Shown: in pieces, positions 48,989 to 57,284 of the stretch
Position numbering within the stretch: the first letter of the stretch is position 1
How the letters are laid out: every line of letters starts with the position of its first letter
Assembly (NCBI GenBank): GCA_963727185.1
Contig: CAVSFP010000023.1
Location: forward strand, 576,581 to 640,580
Reading direction: 5' to 3'
DNA length: 64,000 nt
From: an uncultured Actinomycetes bacterium
GTDB taxonomy: Bacteria > Actinomycetota > UBA4738 > HRBIN12
The notes under the pieces: model-generated
Databases searched by the model: none
Told to the model about the DNA's origin: nothing
What the model saw: the letters and a program-made list of their open reading frames with translations, nothing else
Made by a program: the position numbers and the translations under genes

Positions 48989-49914
48989 GGCTGCAGGTCG
49001 CGATGCCTCGTCGGGGAGCGGTTCGCCAACCTCGCCTTCACGAGCGCCGACGCGAGATCGTCCGGGAGTGGTTCCTCTCGCTCGACCCGTTCCCCTGTGA
49101 TCGGGTGCGTGAACGCGATCCGCCATGAGTGGAGGAACGGCCGCGTGAGGCCGAGACGTCGCGCATCGTCTCCCGCCCCTCCGTACACGCGATCGCCCAG
49201 GACGGGATGACCGATCGACGAAAGGTGCACACGGATCTGGTGCGTCCGTCCCGTCCGGGGCGCTGCCTCCAGCAGGGTGAGGGAGCCGGGCCGTTCACGG
49301 ACCTCGAACCGCGTCTCCGCCGGTCGTCCCCCGGTCGCGTCCAACACCACCCGCGCGGCGTGCCGGCCGAGCGCCGCGTCGACCGCGAACGCATCGTGCT
49401 CCACGGACCCGCGGACGAGCGCCAGGTATCGCCGGTCGACGTCGTGGCGCCGGAACATGGCGACCAGCGCCTCGAGGGCGTCGTCCGTCTTGGCGACGAC
49501 CATGAGTCCCGAGGTTCCGGCGTCGAGGCGGTGCACGATCCCGGGACGCAGCGGACCGCCGGCGGACGAGAGCGGCACATCCATCCCCAGGAGTCGGTTC
49601 ACCAACGTGCCGGAGCGTCGCCGCTCCGTAGGGTGCGTGATCAGGCCCGGCGGCTTGGCGATCACGAGCAGGTGCTCGTCCTCGAACCTGACCGGCACCG
49701 GCGGTCCCTCGGGCTGCAGCGGCACCTCGGCGTCGATCTCGATCCCCAGGGCCTCGCCACCCAGGAGCGCGAAGGACTTCGGGCGGACCATCCCGTCGAC
49801 GGTCACGCGCCCGGACGCGATCGCGCGCTGCACATCCGCCCGCGACAGTCCGGTCAGCCGCGTGAGGACCGTGTCCAGGCGCCCCGGCTCGCCGACGAAC
49901 CGCTCAGCCGGCAT
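48985..49914 (-). CDS. rluD: RluA/RluD-family 23S rRNA pseudouridine synthase with N-terminal S4 domain
   Basis: MPAERFVGEPGRLDTVLTRLTGLSRADVQRAIASGRVTVDG...GIVHRLDAGTSGLMVVAK...RTGRTHQIRVHL. Confidence 0.9.
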   Translation of the reverse strand: MPAERFVGEPGRLDTVLTRLTGLSRADVQRAIASGRVTVDGMVRPKSFALLGGEALGIEIDAEVPLQPEGPPVPVRFEDEHLLVIAKPPGLITHPTERRRSGTLVNRLLGMDVPLSSAGGPLRPGIVHRLDAGTSGLMVVAKTDDALEALVAMFRRHDVDRRYLALVRGSVEHDAFAVDAALGRHAARVVLDATGGRPAETRFEVRERPGSLTLLEAAPRTGRTHQIRVHLSSIGHPVLGDRVYGGAGDDARRLGLTRPFLHSWRIAFTHPITGERVEREEPLPDDLASALVKARLANRSPTRHRDLQP

Positions 49915-50398
49915 CGTGGGACGGCTCGGGGTCGCGGTCCGCGGTGAACGAGGAGACGGCCAGCAGCACGGCGCCCACCACGATCGCCGCATCCGCCACG
50001 TTGAAGATCGGCCAGATGTGGAAGTCGACGAAATCGACCACGTGACCCGAGAATCCCGAACCCCGGACGAGCCGGTCTGTCAGGTTGCCCAAGGCGCCGC
50101 CCAGGATGAGGCCCAGCGCGATCGAGGTCGCCACGTTCGTGTGGCGGAACGACGTTGCGACGATGGCGACCGACACTACGACCGACGCTCCGACGAAGAT
50201 CCACGGAGCCCGTTGCCCGAGGCTGAAGGCACCTCCGGGGTTCGTCGTGAACCGCAGGTCGAGCACGCCGGAGATCACGGTCACGGGTGGCCGTCCCGCG
50301 AGCGCGTGCTCCACCCAGACCTTGCTCAGACGGTCGAGGAGCCACACCACCCCCGCGACGGAAAACAAGACGCCCGCCGAGCGCCCACGGCGCGTCAC
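49904..50398 (-). CDS. lspA: lipoprotein signal peptidase II
   Basis: ...DRLSKVWV...LRFTTNPGGAFSLG...IFNVADAAIVVGAVLL. Confidence 0.92.
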   Translation of the reverse strand: MTRRGRSAGVLFSVAGVVWLLDRLSKVWVEHALAGRPPVTVISGVLDLRFTTNPGGAFSLGQRAPWIFVGASVVVSVAIVATSFRHTNVATSIALGLILGGALGNLTDRLVRGSGFSGHVVDFVDFHIWPIFNVADAAIVVGAVLLAVSSFTADRDPEPSHDAG

Positions 50399-50404
50399 GG
50401 GCGC

Positions 50405-50788
50405 CTACCGCCGCGACTGCGCCTGGGCGTCCTTGATGCAGAGATCCACGTACGGGAGCGCCTTCACCCGCGCCTTCTCGATTGGCTTCCCGCAGATGTC
50501 GCAGATGCCGTAGGTGCCGTCGTCGATCCGTTTGAGGGCGCGGTCGATCTTGTGGAGGAGATCGCGGACGTTGTTCTCGATCGAAAGGTCCTTCTCACGT
50601 TCGAACGTCGCCGTGCCCGCATCCGCCGGCTCGTCATCGAGCCCGACGTCGCCGGAGGAATCCGACTGCGAGGAGGCGAAGGAATCCTCCTCGATGGTCG
50701 TGAGTTGGCCGTCCAGTTGGACCCGCTCCTCTTCGAGGCGAACCCGCAGGTCAGCTATCTCTTTCTTGGTGAGCTTGGTCTCGGCCAT
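50405..50788 (-). CDS. TraR/DksA-family zinc-finger protein
   Basis: MAETKLTKKEIADLRVRLEEERVQL...ALKRIDDGTYGICDICGKPIEKARVKALPYVDLCIKDA. Conserved position next to lspA. Confidence 0.8.
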   Translation of the reverse strand: MAETKLTKKEIADLRVRLEEERVQLDGQLTTIEEDSFASSQSDSSGDVGLDDEPADAGTATFEREKDLSIENNVRDLLHKIDRALKRIDDGTYGICDICGKPIEKARVKALPYVDLCIKDAQAQSRR

Positions 50789-50849
50789 GGTCGAGGGAGG
50801 GTAGCACAGGGTCATGACCGAACCCGTCCGTTTCGACGACGTGGGCACG

Positions 50850-51110
50850 TCAGCCCCGGCCGAGGCGCTGCTGGATGTCGCGGGTCGAGAGCCCGTCGAC
50901 GTCGAACGTCTTGGTGCGCGAGCGGGCACCGCTCCTCAAGCGGATCCGGGTCTTCGGCACCCCGAGCCGTTCCGCCAGCGCCCGGGCGGCCTCCTCCGTG
51001 GCACGACCTCCCTCGGGGGCGGCTCGGACCCGGACGACGACGCCCTCGGGTCCGCTCTCGACGGCCGTTCGACCGGATCGGGGGGTCACGCGTACCGTGA
51101 TGGTCGCCAT
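50850..51110 (-). CDS. DUF167 (YggU) family protein
   Basis: MATITVRVTPRSGRTAVESGPEGVVVRVRAAPEGGRATEEAARALAERLGVPKTRIRL. ATG 51125 is the longer alternative start. Confidence 0.8.
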   Translation of the reverse strand: MATITVRVTPRSGRTAVESGPEGVVVRVRAAPEGGRATEEAARALAERLGVPKTRIRLRSGARSRTKTFDVDGLSTRDIQQRLGRG

Positions 51111-51131
51111 GTCGAGGTGTAGCATGCCTGC

Positions 51132-51415
51132 CAGAGGCGACGACGGGAACGAGTAGCGGAGATCGTCTGGCCGAAGCGAGTCGGGGGCGGTGGGAGCCCG
51201 GCGCGAGACCCTCCTCGAAGATCATCCCCGAGCCGCTGCCCGAACCGGGATCGCCCGAACGGCGATCCCGCAGTAGACGCAGCCGGGCCCCGCCCGTGAC
51301 AGCGGGAGGCCGTGATGGCGGCCGTGAGCGGCCGGACGCTTCGGCGCCCGGCAAGCGGGGTGGTACCACGGGGCCAACGCCTCGTCCCTGCACCAGGGAC
51401 GAGGCGTTTTCGCGT
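51132..51415 (+). promoter_or_regulatory. T-box leader (Ile specifier AUC) of ileS
   Basis: GGGAACGAGTAGCGG stem-I base. GAAG-AUC-A specifier at 51221-51223. 10-bp hairpin at 51246-51270. T-box sequence AAGCGGGGTGGTACCACGGG at 51353-51372. CGTCCCT lies in the terminator 5' arm. Possible -10 TAGCAT at 51120-51125. Confidence 0.8.
51376..51415 (+). terminator. T-box terminator hairpin, 15-bp perfect stem with CACC loop
   Basis: AACGCCTCGTCCCTG-cacc-CAGGGACGAGGCGTT followed by TTCGCGTT. The U-tract is weak. Confidence 0.65.
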
Positions 51416-51442
51416 TCGAGGGCGCGGGAGGAGGCGGTGAGG

Positions 51443-54400
51443 ATGCAACGGTTCGAACCGGTGGACCCGAAGGTCAGCTTCCCGGAGCTCGAGCGCCGCA
51501 TCCTCGAGTTCTGGCGGCAGACGGATGTGTTCGCTCGCAGCATCGAGCTGCGGAAGGACGGTCCCCTCTGGGTCTTCTACGAAGGACCCCCAACCGCGAA
51601 CGGCAACCCGGGCATCCATCACGTCGAGGCCCGGGTGTTCAAGGACGTCTACCCGCGCTTCAAGACGATGACGGGACACTTCGTGCCGCGCAAGGGCGGC
51701 TGGGACTGTCACGGGCTCCCGGTGGAGCTGGAGGTCGAGAAGGCGATCGGCACGACCGGCAAGCGCGATATCGAGGCGTTCGGGATCGAGCGGTTCAACC
51801 AGCTCTGTCGCGAATCGGTAAGCCGCTACGTCGGGGAGTTCGAACGACTCGACCGACCCGGATCGGCTTCTGGATCGACATGTCCGATGCGTACTGGACC
51901 ATGAACACCGAGTACATCGAGTCGGTGTGGTGGTCACTCAAGCAGCTCCATCAGCGCGGGCTGCTCGTGGAATCCGACAAGGTCACCGCGTACTGCCCGC
52001 GCTGCGGTACGGCACTCTCCGACGCCGAGGTGGCCATGGGCTATCGAACGGTCGAGGACCCCAGCGTCTTCCTGCGGTTCCCCGTCCTCGAGGCGCCCCG
52101 ATCCGACGCTCGTCGGCGCGTCGTTGCTGGGGTGGACGACGACGCCGTGGACGCTTCCCTCCAACGAAGGACTCGCGGTCGACGCCGACGCGTCCTACGT
52201 CATGGTGGAACGAGACGGCGAGCGGCTCGTGCTCGGCGAGGCGCTCCGCGAACGCGTCCTCGGCGAGGAGGGCGAGATCGTTGCGACGCATCGGGGAGCC
52301 GATCTCGTGGGGATCCGCTACCGGCCCCCGTACGAGAACGTCGAGGGAGCCCATGTCGTCGTGGCGGGCGGCTTCGTCTCGATGGATGACGGCACCGGCA
52401 TCGTGCACATGGCTCCGGCGTTCGGCGCCGAAGACCTGGCGGTGGGTCGCGCGCAGGGCTGGCCGATCTTCAAGCCGGTCGACGACACGGGAAGGTTCAA
52501 CGATCTCGGGCCGGCGTTCGTCCGCGGGCTCTTCGTGAAGGACGCCGACCCCCGGATCGTGGAAGACCTCGACGAGCGCGGCGTGCTCTTGCGAGCCGGG
52601 ACCGTGGAGCACGCCTATCCCTTCTGTCACCGGTGCGGCACGCCGCTCCTCTATTACGCGCGCTCGGCCTGGTACGTCCGGACCACCGCTGTGAAGGAAC
52701 GATTGCTCGAGGTCAATGGATCCGTCGGGTGGATCCCCGAGCACATCAAGGAGGGGCGCTACGGCGACTGGCTCGAGAACAACGTCGATTGGGCGTTGTC
52801 TCGCGAGCGATACTGGGGCACACCGTTGCCGATCTGGCGCTGCGCGTCCGGTCACCAGACCGCGATCGGGTCCCTGAAAGAGCTGGGCGAGCACGCGGGC
52901 CGCGACGTCGACGAGGTCGATCCGCACCGTCCGGCGATCGACGAGATCACGTTCCCCTGTCCGGATTGCGGCGAGACCGCCACGCGGGTCACCGAGGTGA
53001 TCGACGCCTGGTACGACTCCGGCGCCATGCCGTTCGCGCAGTGGGGATACCACCCGGAGCTCGGACGCGGCGAGGAGCTCTTCGCCGAGCGGTTCCCCGC
53101 CGATTTCATCAGCGAGGCGATCGACCAGACGCGCGGATGGTTCTACACGTTGATGGCCGAGGGCGTGCTGCATTTCGACTCGACCACCTATCGGAACGTG
53201 GTGTGCCTGGGTCACCTCGTCGCCGCCGACGGCAGGAAGATGTCCAAGTCCCTCGGCAACGCGCTCAACCCGTGGGACGTCCTCGACCGCCAGGGAGCCG
53301 ACGCGCTCCGTTGGTGGATGCTCACGAACGGCTCGCCGTGGGAGTCGCGCCGCATCGGCCACGAGGTGCTGGACGAGATCGTGCGCCAGTTCATGCTCAC
53401 ACTTTGGAACGTCTATTCGTTCTTCGTGACCTACGCGAACGCCGAGGGATCCGATCCGTCGGAGCCGGCGACGCCACCCGCCGACCGGCCCGCGCTCGAT
53501 CGCTGGGCGCTCTCACAGTTGGCCGACACGGTGGGCGCCGCTCGCGACGGCCTCGAGTCGTACGACGCCACCGGCGCGGGCCGCCGGATCGCCGCGTTCG
53601 TCGACGACCTGTCCAATTGGTACGTCCGGCGAGCTCGCCGCCGCTTCTGGAACCCGGCCGGTGACCAGGGGGGCGACGACGCGCGCGCTGCGTTCCACAC
53701 CTTGCACACCTGTCTGGTCACGGTCGCGCAGCTGCTCGCGCCGTTCACGCCGTTCCTGGCGGAGGAGCTGTGGCGCACGCTCGCCGCGGGCCGGAACGGC
53801 GCACCCGCCTCGGTGCATCTGTCCGACTACCCCGTCGTGGACGATTCCTCGGTCGACGAGACGCTGAACGCGGCGATGGCCGCCGCGCGCGCGATCGTCG
53901 AGCTCGGACGTCGGGTGCGTGTCGAGACCAAGACGAGGACGCGTCAGCCGCTGGCGGAGGCCGTCGTGCACTACCCCGGCGATCATCACGCGCTCGCGGT
54001 CGTCCTTCCGCTGGTTGCCGACGAGCTCAACGTGAAGGCGGTCGTGTTCGCCGAGTCGGACGCCTCGTTCGGGCGCTGGCGCGCCAAGCCCAACTACAAG
54101 GTGCTCGGCCCCCGGCTCGGAGACCTCGTCAAGCGGGTCGCCGCCGCCCTGGCGGGAGACGACGGCGCGGTGGCCTCGTCGCTCGCGCGCGGCGAGACGG
54201 TGACGCTCACCGTGGACGGCCAGCCGATCGAGCTCACTCCCGACGATGTGGACCTGGGCCAGGAGGTGACCGAGGGTTGGGGCGTCGCGTCGGATGGTGG
54301 CCTCACGGTCGCGCTCGACCTCGAGGTCTCCGACGACCTCCTTCGGGAGGGGCAGGCGCGCGAGGTCGTGCGCGCGGTGCAGGACGCGCGTCGGGCCGCC

Positions 54401-54616
54401 GGTCTCGATGTGAGCGACCGGATCGACCTCGCGGTCTCGGCGACCGGAGACCTTGCCGCCTCGATCGCCGCCTTCCGCGACTACGTGGCGGGCGAGACGC
54501 TCGCGGTCGCCCTGGACGTGGGGACGCTCGACGGCGACGCGTTCAGCCACGAGGTGGAGATCGACGGTGGAGCGGTCGCGATCACCCTTCGGAAGGCGGC
54601 GCCCACGAGCTCCTGA
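51443..54616 (+). CDS. ileS: isoleucine--tRNA ligase; two compensating frame breaks as sequenced (51857-51859 and 52096-52099)
   Basis: ATG 51443 follows GGGAGGAGG. ...FYEGPPTANGNPGIHHVEARV (HIGH). RIGFWIDMSDAYWTMNTEYIESVWW...FPVLEA is in frame 1. DPTLVGASLLGWTTTPWTLPSN...KMSKSLGN (KMSKS) is back in frame 2. Confidence 0.95.
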
Positions 54617-54794
54617 CGACGCCGAGCCACAGGAGCAGCAGACCGCCGCCACTCGCCACCAGCGCGACCACGGGAAGTCGCAGCCCGTCGACGGAGATCA
54701 CGCTCATCCCGAGCGCGACCACCGCGACGACGATCAGGGCGAACGCGCTGCCGAAGACGAGCGCGACCCCCGTCGATGGATCGCCTCGCGTCAC
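54582..54794 (-). CDS. small two-helix membrane protein coupled to divIVA
   Basis: GTG 54794 overlaps the divIVA stop (GTGA). ...GVALVFGSAFALIVVAVVALGMSVISVDGLRLPVVALVASGGGLLLLWLGVV. The 3' end overlaps the ileS 3' end by 35 nt. Confidence 0.5.
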   Translation of the reverse strand: MTRGDPSTGVALVFGSAFALIVVAVVALGMSVISVDGLRLPVVALVASGGGLLLLWLGVVRSSWAPPSEG

Positions 54795-55606
54795 TCCTCT
54801 CCCCAGAACAGCTCACGGAGCGTCCGGTCGCCGCCCTCACCCGATCCTGCATCGTCGTCCGAGTCACCGGCGCTCACCGAGGCCGTCGCCGGCTCTTCCA
54901 CGCGGATCGGCGACCCCGTCTCCGGTTGCGAGGATCCGGACGCCTCGGAGGGGGTCGTTCCCTGAGGTCGGACGGGGGGCATGGGCTGCGTCGCATCGGA
55001 GGCGGGAGCCGCGGGTGATGGACGTTCCGGCGCTGCGCTCGGCGTCGGCGCTGCTGCGAGGGGCGCTACCGCGACAGGCTCCGGCGGCGCGGCCACAGGC
55101 TTGGCCCGGCTCGCCTTCGCCAAGCCCTTCACCGATTCGGCGTGGGACTGCACGAGCGCGGCCAACTGCTGCAGGAAATCCCGTTCCTGGGATAGGAACG
55201 GGGCGACGGCGGCGCGCCCGGCATCGGTCCCCGTCGCGGCCACCACGGCGCCACCTGCGGCAGCAGCTGCCTGCGTACGCGCGTCCTGCACGATCATCGC
55301 CGCCTCCGCCCGGGCGCGTTCGATGATCTCATCCGCCTGCCGGGAGGTGTCCGCCAGGTCGGGCGCCCCGATGGACGGCGCTGCCGGAAGGCCCGTCGCG
55401 GTCCGCAGCCGCTCGTTCTCGTCGGACAGCTTGGTCATCGACTCGGTGATGTGGTCCAAGAACTCGTCGACGTCACGCATGCGATACCCGCCGAATCGCG
55501 AGACGCTGAATTCCTTGGATTGGATGTCGGCGGGCGTGACGACAGTGGACGCCGGCATCCCGGCGAAGTCCTGGGAGTCGTCCACGTCCTTGTCCTTCTT
55601 CCTCAT
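54791..55606 (-). CDS. divIVA: DivIVA/Wag31 family cell-division protein
   Basis: ATG follows GAGGGAGG. ...VVTPADIQSKEFSVSRFGGYRMRDVDEFLDHITESMTKLSDENERL... Confidence 0.9.
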   Translation of the reverse strand: MRKKDKDVDDSQDFAGMPASTVVTPADIQSKEFSVSRFGGYRMRDVDEFLDHITESMTKLSDENERLRTATGLPAAPSIGAPDLADTSRQADEIIERARAEAAMIVQDARTQAAAAAGGAVVAATGTDAGRAAVAPFLSQERDFLQQLAALVQSHAESVKGLAKASRAKPVAAPPEPVAVAPLAAAPTPSAAPERPSPAAPASDATQPMPPVRPQGTTPSEASGSSQPETGSPIRVEEPATASVSAGDSDDDAGSGEGGDRTLRELFWGEE

Positions 55607-55628
55607 CGAACCTCCCTCGTTTCGATCT

Positions 55629-55907
55629 TCAGCAGATCGCGTTCTGGAGCACGAAGATGATCACGAACGCGACGATCACGGATAGGTCGAGCGCCCCCGC
55701 CGGTGGCAAGATCCGGCGGATCGGACGCAAGACCGGTTCCGTGACGTCGAAGAGCAATTCGAAGACCGTGCGCAGCGGCCCGGTCGGAGGGGGCCGCCAC
55801 CCGGCGAGCTCGACCCAGCTCACGATCACCCGGGCCAGCAGGATGACCCAGTAGACGCTCAGCGCGATGCAGATCAGCCGACCGAATGGGTTCCCCGCGC
55901 AGATCAT
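55629..55907 (-). CDS. yggT: YggT family membrane protein
   Basis: ...LSVYWVILLARVIVSWVEL...LFDVTEPVLRPIRRILPPAGALDLSVIVAFVII. Confidence 0.88.
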   Translation of the reverse strand: MICAGNPFGRLICIALSVYWVILLARVIVSWVELAGWRPPPTGPLRTVFELLFDVTEPVLRPIRRILPPAGALDLSVIVAFVIIFVLQNAIC

Positions 55908-55974
55908 CGGGTGGGAAGGCTAGCAGGGGCGCTCCAGGCGAACGTCGCGGCGAACCCACCACGGCGAGCGCGGG

Positions 55975-56442
55975 TCAGAACTGGTTGTAGAACGCGCCGC
56001 CCGCGATCCGTTCGCGCTCTTCCGCCGACACCTCGACGTTGTCAGGGGTCAGGAGGTAGACCCGGTTGGCGACCAGCTCGATCTTGCCGTCCAGTCCATA
56101 GACGAGGCCCGAGGCGAAATCCACCAATCGTCGGGCGATCGTGTCATCGGTGGATTGCAGGTTCATGATCACCGCGGTGCCTTCCTTGAAGCGGTCGGCC
56201 ACCTCTCGGGCTTCGTTGAACCGCTTCGGCTCCGACTTGTAGATCGCCGAAGAGGCGGTGGCGACGCGAGGCGAGGAGATCGTGCGAACGACCCCTTCGG
56301 TTTCCGAGGACATGCCGCGCACGGCTTGGGGCTTCATGCGCCGGACCGGCGCCGGCTCGACCTCGGGCATGTCGTCGACGAATTCTTCGTCGTCCTCGAC
56401 CAGGCCCAGGTAGTTCAGGGTCTTCTTCCACACGCCGGCCAT
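55975..56442 (-). CDS. sepF: cell-division protein SepF
   Basis: MAGVWKKTLNYLGLVEDDEEF...PKRFNEAREVADRFKEGTAVIMNLQ...RLVDFASGLVYGLDGKIE. ATG 56442 lies 5 nt after GGGAGG. The track start is GTG 56445. Confidence 0.92.
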   Translation of the reverse strand: MAGVWKKTLNYLGLVEDDEEFVDDMPEVEPAPVRRMKPQAVRGMSSETEGVVRTISSPRVATASSAIYKSEPKRFNEAREVADRFKEGTAVIMNLQSTDDTIARRLVDFASGLVYGLDGKIELVANRVYLLTPDNVEVSAEERERIAGGAFYNQF

Positions 56443-56452
56443 CACTTCCTCC

Positions 56453-57139
56453 CTACGTCAACGGCGCTCGGGGGCCGAACAACGCCGTTCCGACGCGAAC
56501 CATCGTAGCGCCTTCTTCCACTGCGACTTGGTAATCCAACGACATCCCCATGGACAATTCCAGCACCTCGGGGTGCCGTTCACGGACGCGGTCGCGGAGT
56601 TCGCGGAGCCGGATGTGGTACGGGCGCGCGTCTTCGACGCGCTGGCCGATGGGCGGGATGGTCATCAGGCCAACCAACCTGAGCCCTTCGAGGGACGCGA
56701 TCCGGTCGGCCGTTGCGGCGGTTTCCTCGGGGGCCACGCCGGTCCGCTCGCCCGTCAGATCGACCTCGATCAGGGCGTCGATCGTCCGTCCCGAGGCGGC
56801 GGCTCGCCTAGCGAGCCGCTCGGTCGCGTGACCGCCCGCCACGGTCTCGACCACGTCTGCGAGCGCCGCGACGTGGTGAGCGGTGTTCGTCTGGAGCGTT
56901 CCGATGAAGTGCCACCTGACATCAGGGATGGCATCGTGCTTCGCCCGCAGTTCCTTCACGTAGTTCTCGCCGAAGTCCGAGACGCCCCCGTCGCGCGCCC
57001 AACGGATCGCCTCGGGAGGCACGGTCTTGGTCGCCGCGACCAGGCGTACGTCGCCCACGTCGCGGCCCGCACGGTCGCACGCCTGCGCGATACCTATGCG
57101 GACGTCCTCCAGATTGGCCAACAGCTCGTCACGCGTCAT
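56453..57139 (-). CDS. yggS: YggS/YlmE family PLP-binding protein
   Basis: MTRDELLANLEDVRIGIAQACDRAGRDVGDVRLVAATKTV...WHFIGTLQTN...ELSMGMSLDY. Confidence 0.9.
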   Translation of the reverse strand: MTRDELLANLEDVRIGIAQACDRAGRDVGDVRLVAATKTVPPEAIRWARDGGVSDFGENYVKELRAKHDAIPDVRWHFIGTLQTNTAHHVAALADVVETVAGGHATERLARRAAASGRTIDALIEVDLTGERTGVAPEETAATADRIASLEGLRLVGLMTIPPIGQRVEDARPYHIRLRELRDRVRERHPEVLELSMGMSLDYQVAVEEGATMVRVGTALFGPRAPLT

Positions 57140-57177
57140 CGACCCAAGCGTTGCAGAAAGCGGTTCGGACTTGGAAC

Positions 57178-57248
57178 GGGGGGCGGGGAGCTCCTCGGCC
57201 AAGAGGCGGGGGAAGGGCGCCTCCTCGCTCGGAACCTCCCCGCCCCCC
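57178..57248. repeat. 13-bp perfect GC-rich inverted repeat GGGGGGCGGGGAG...CTCCCCGCCCCCC, 45-nt loop with an inner hairpin
   Basis: Arms at 57178-57190 and 57236-57248. Inner GAGGCG/CGCCTC hairpin at 57203-57223. Lies in the ftsZ-yggS gap. Confidence 0.7.
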
Positions 57249-57284
57249 ACGATGCGGGGCCGCGCGGGGACGGACCGGGGTCCG

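Noticed and set aside
51449-51460. Perfect palindrome CGGTTCGAACCG, resembling LexA half-sites.
   Set aside because: The actinobacterial SOS box is TCGAAC-N4-GTTCGA. Here the halves are in the opposite arrangement with no spacer, and the site lies inside the first codons of ileS.
51850-52100. Programmed ribosomal frameshifting in ileS (and at the uvrA 3' end).
   Set aside because: There is no X-XXY-YYZ slippery site, no internal Shine-Dalgarno/stop arrangement and no downstream pseudoknot. The same kind of break occurs in unrelated genes at homopolymers.
57140-57250. Longer YggS starting at 57250 (MGGGEVPSEEAPFPRLL...).
   Set aside because: The extension is low-complexity and coincides with the GC-rich inverted repeat. 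The family-typical N-terminus begins at MTRDELLANLEDV (ATG 57139).
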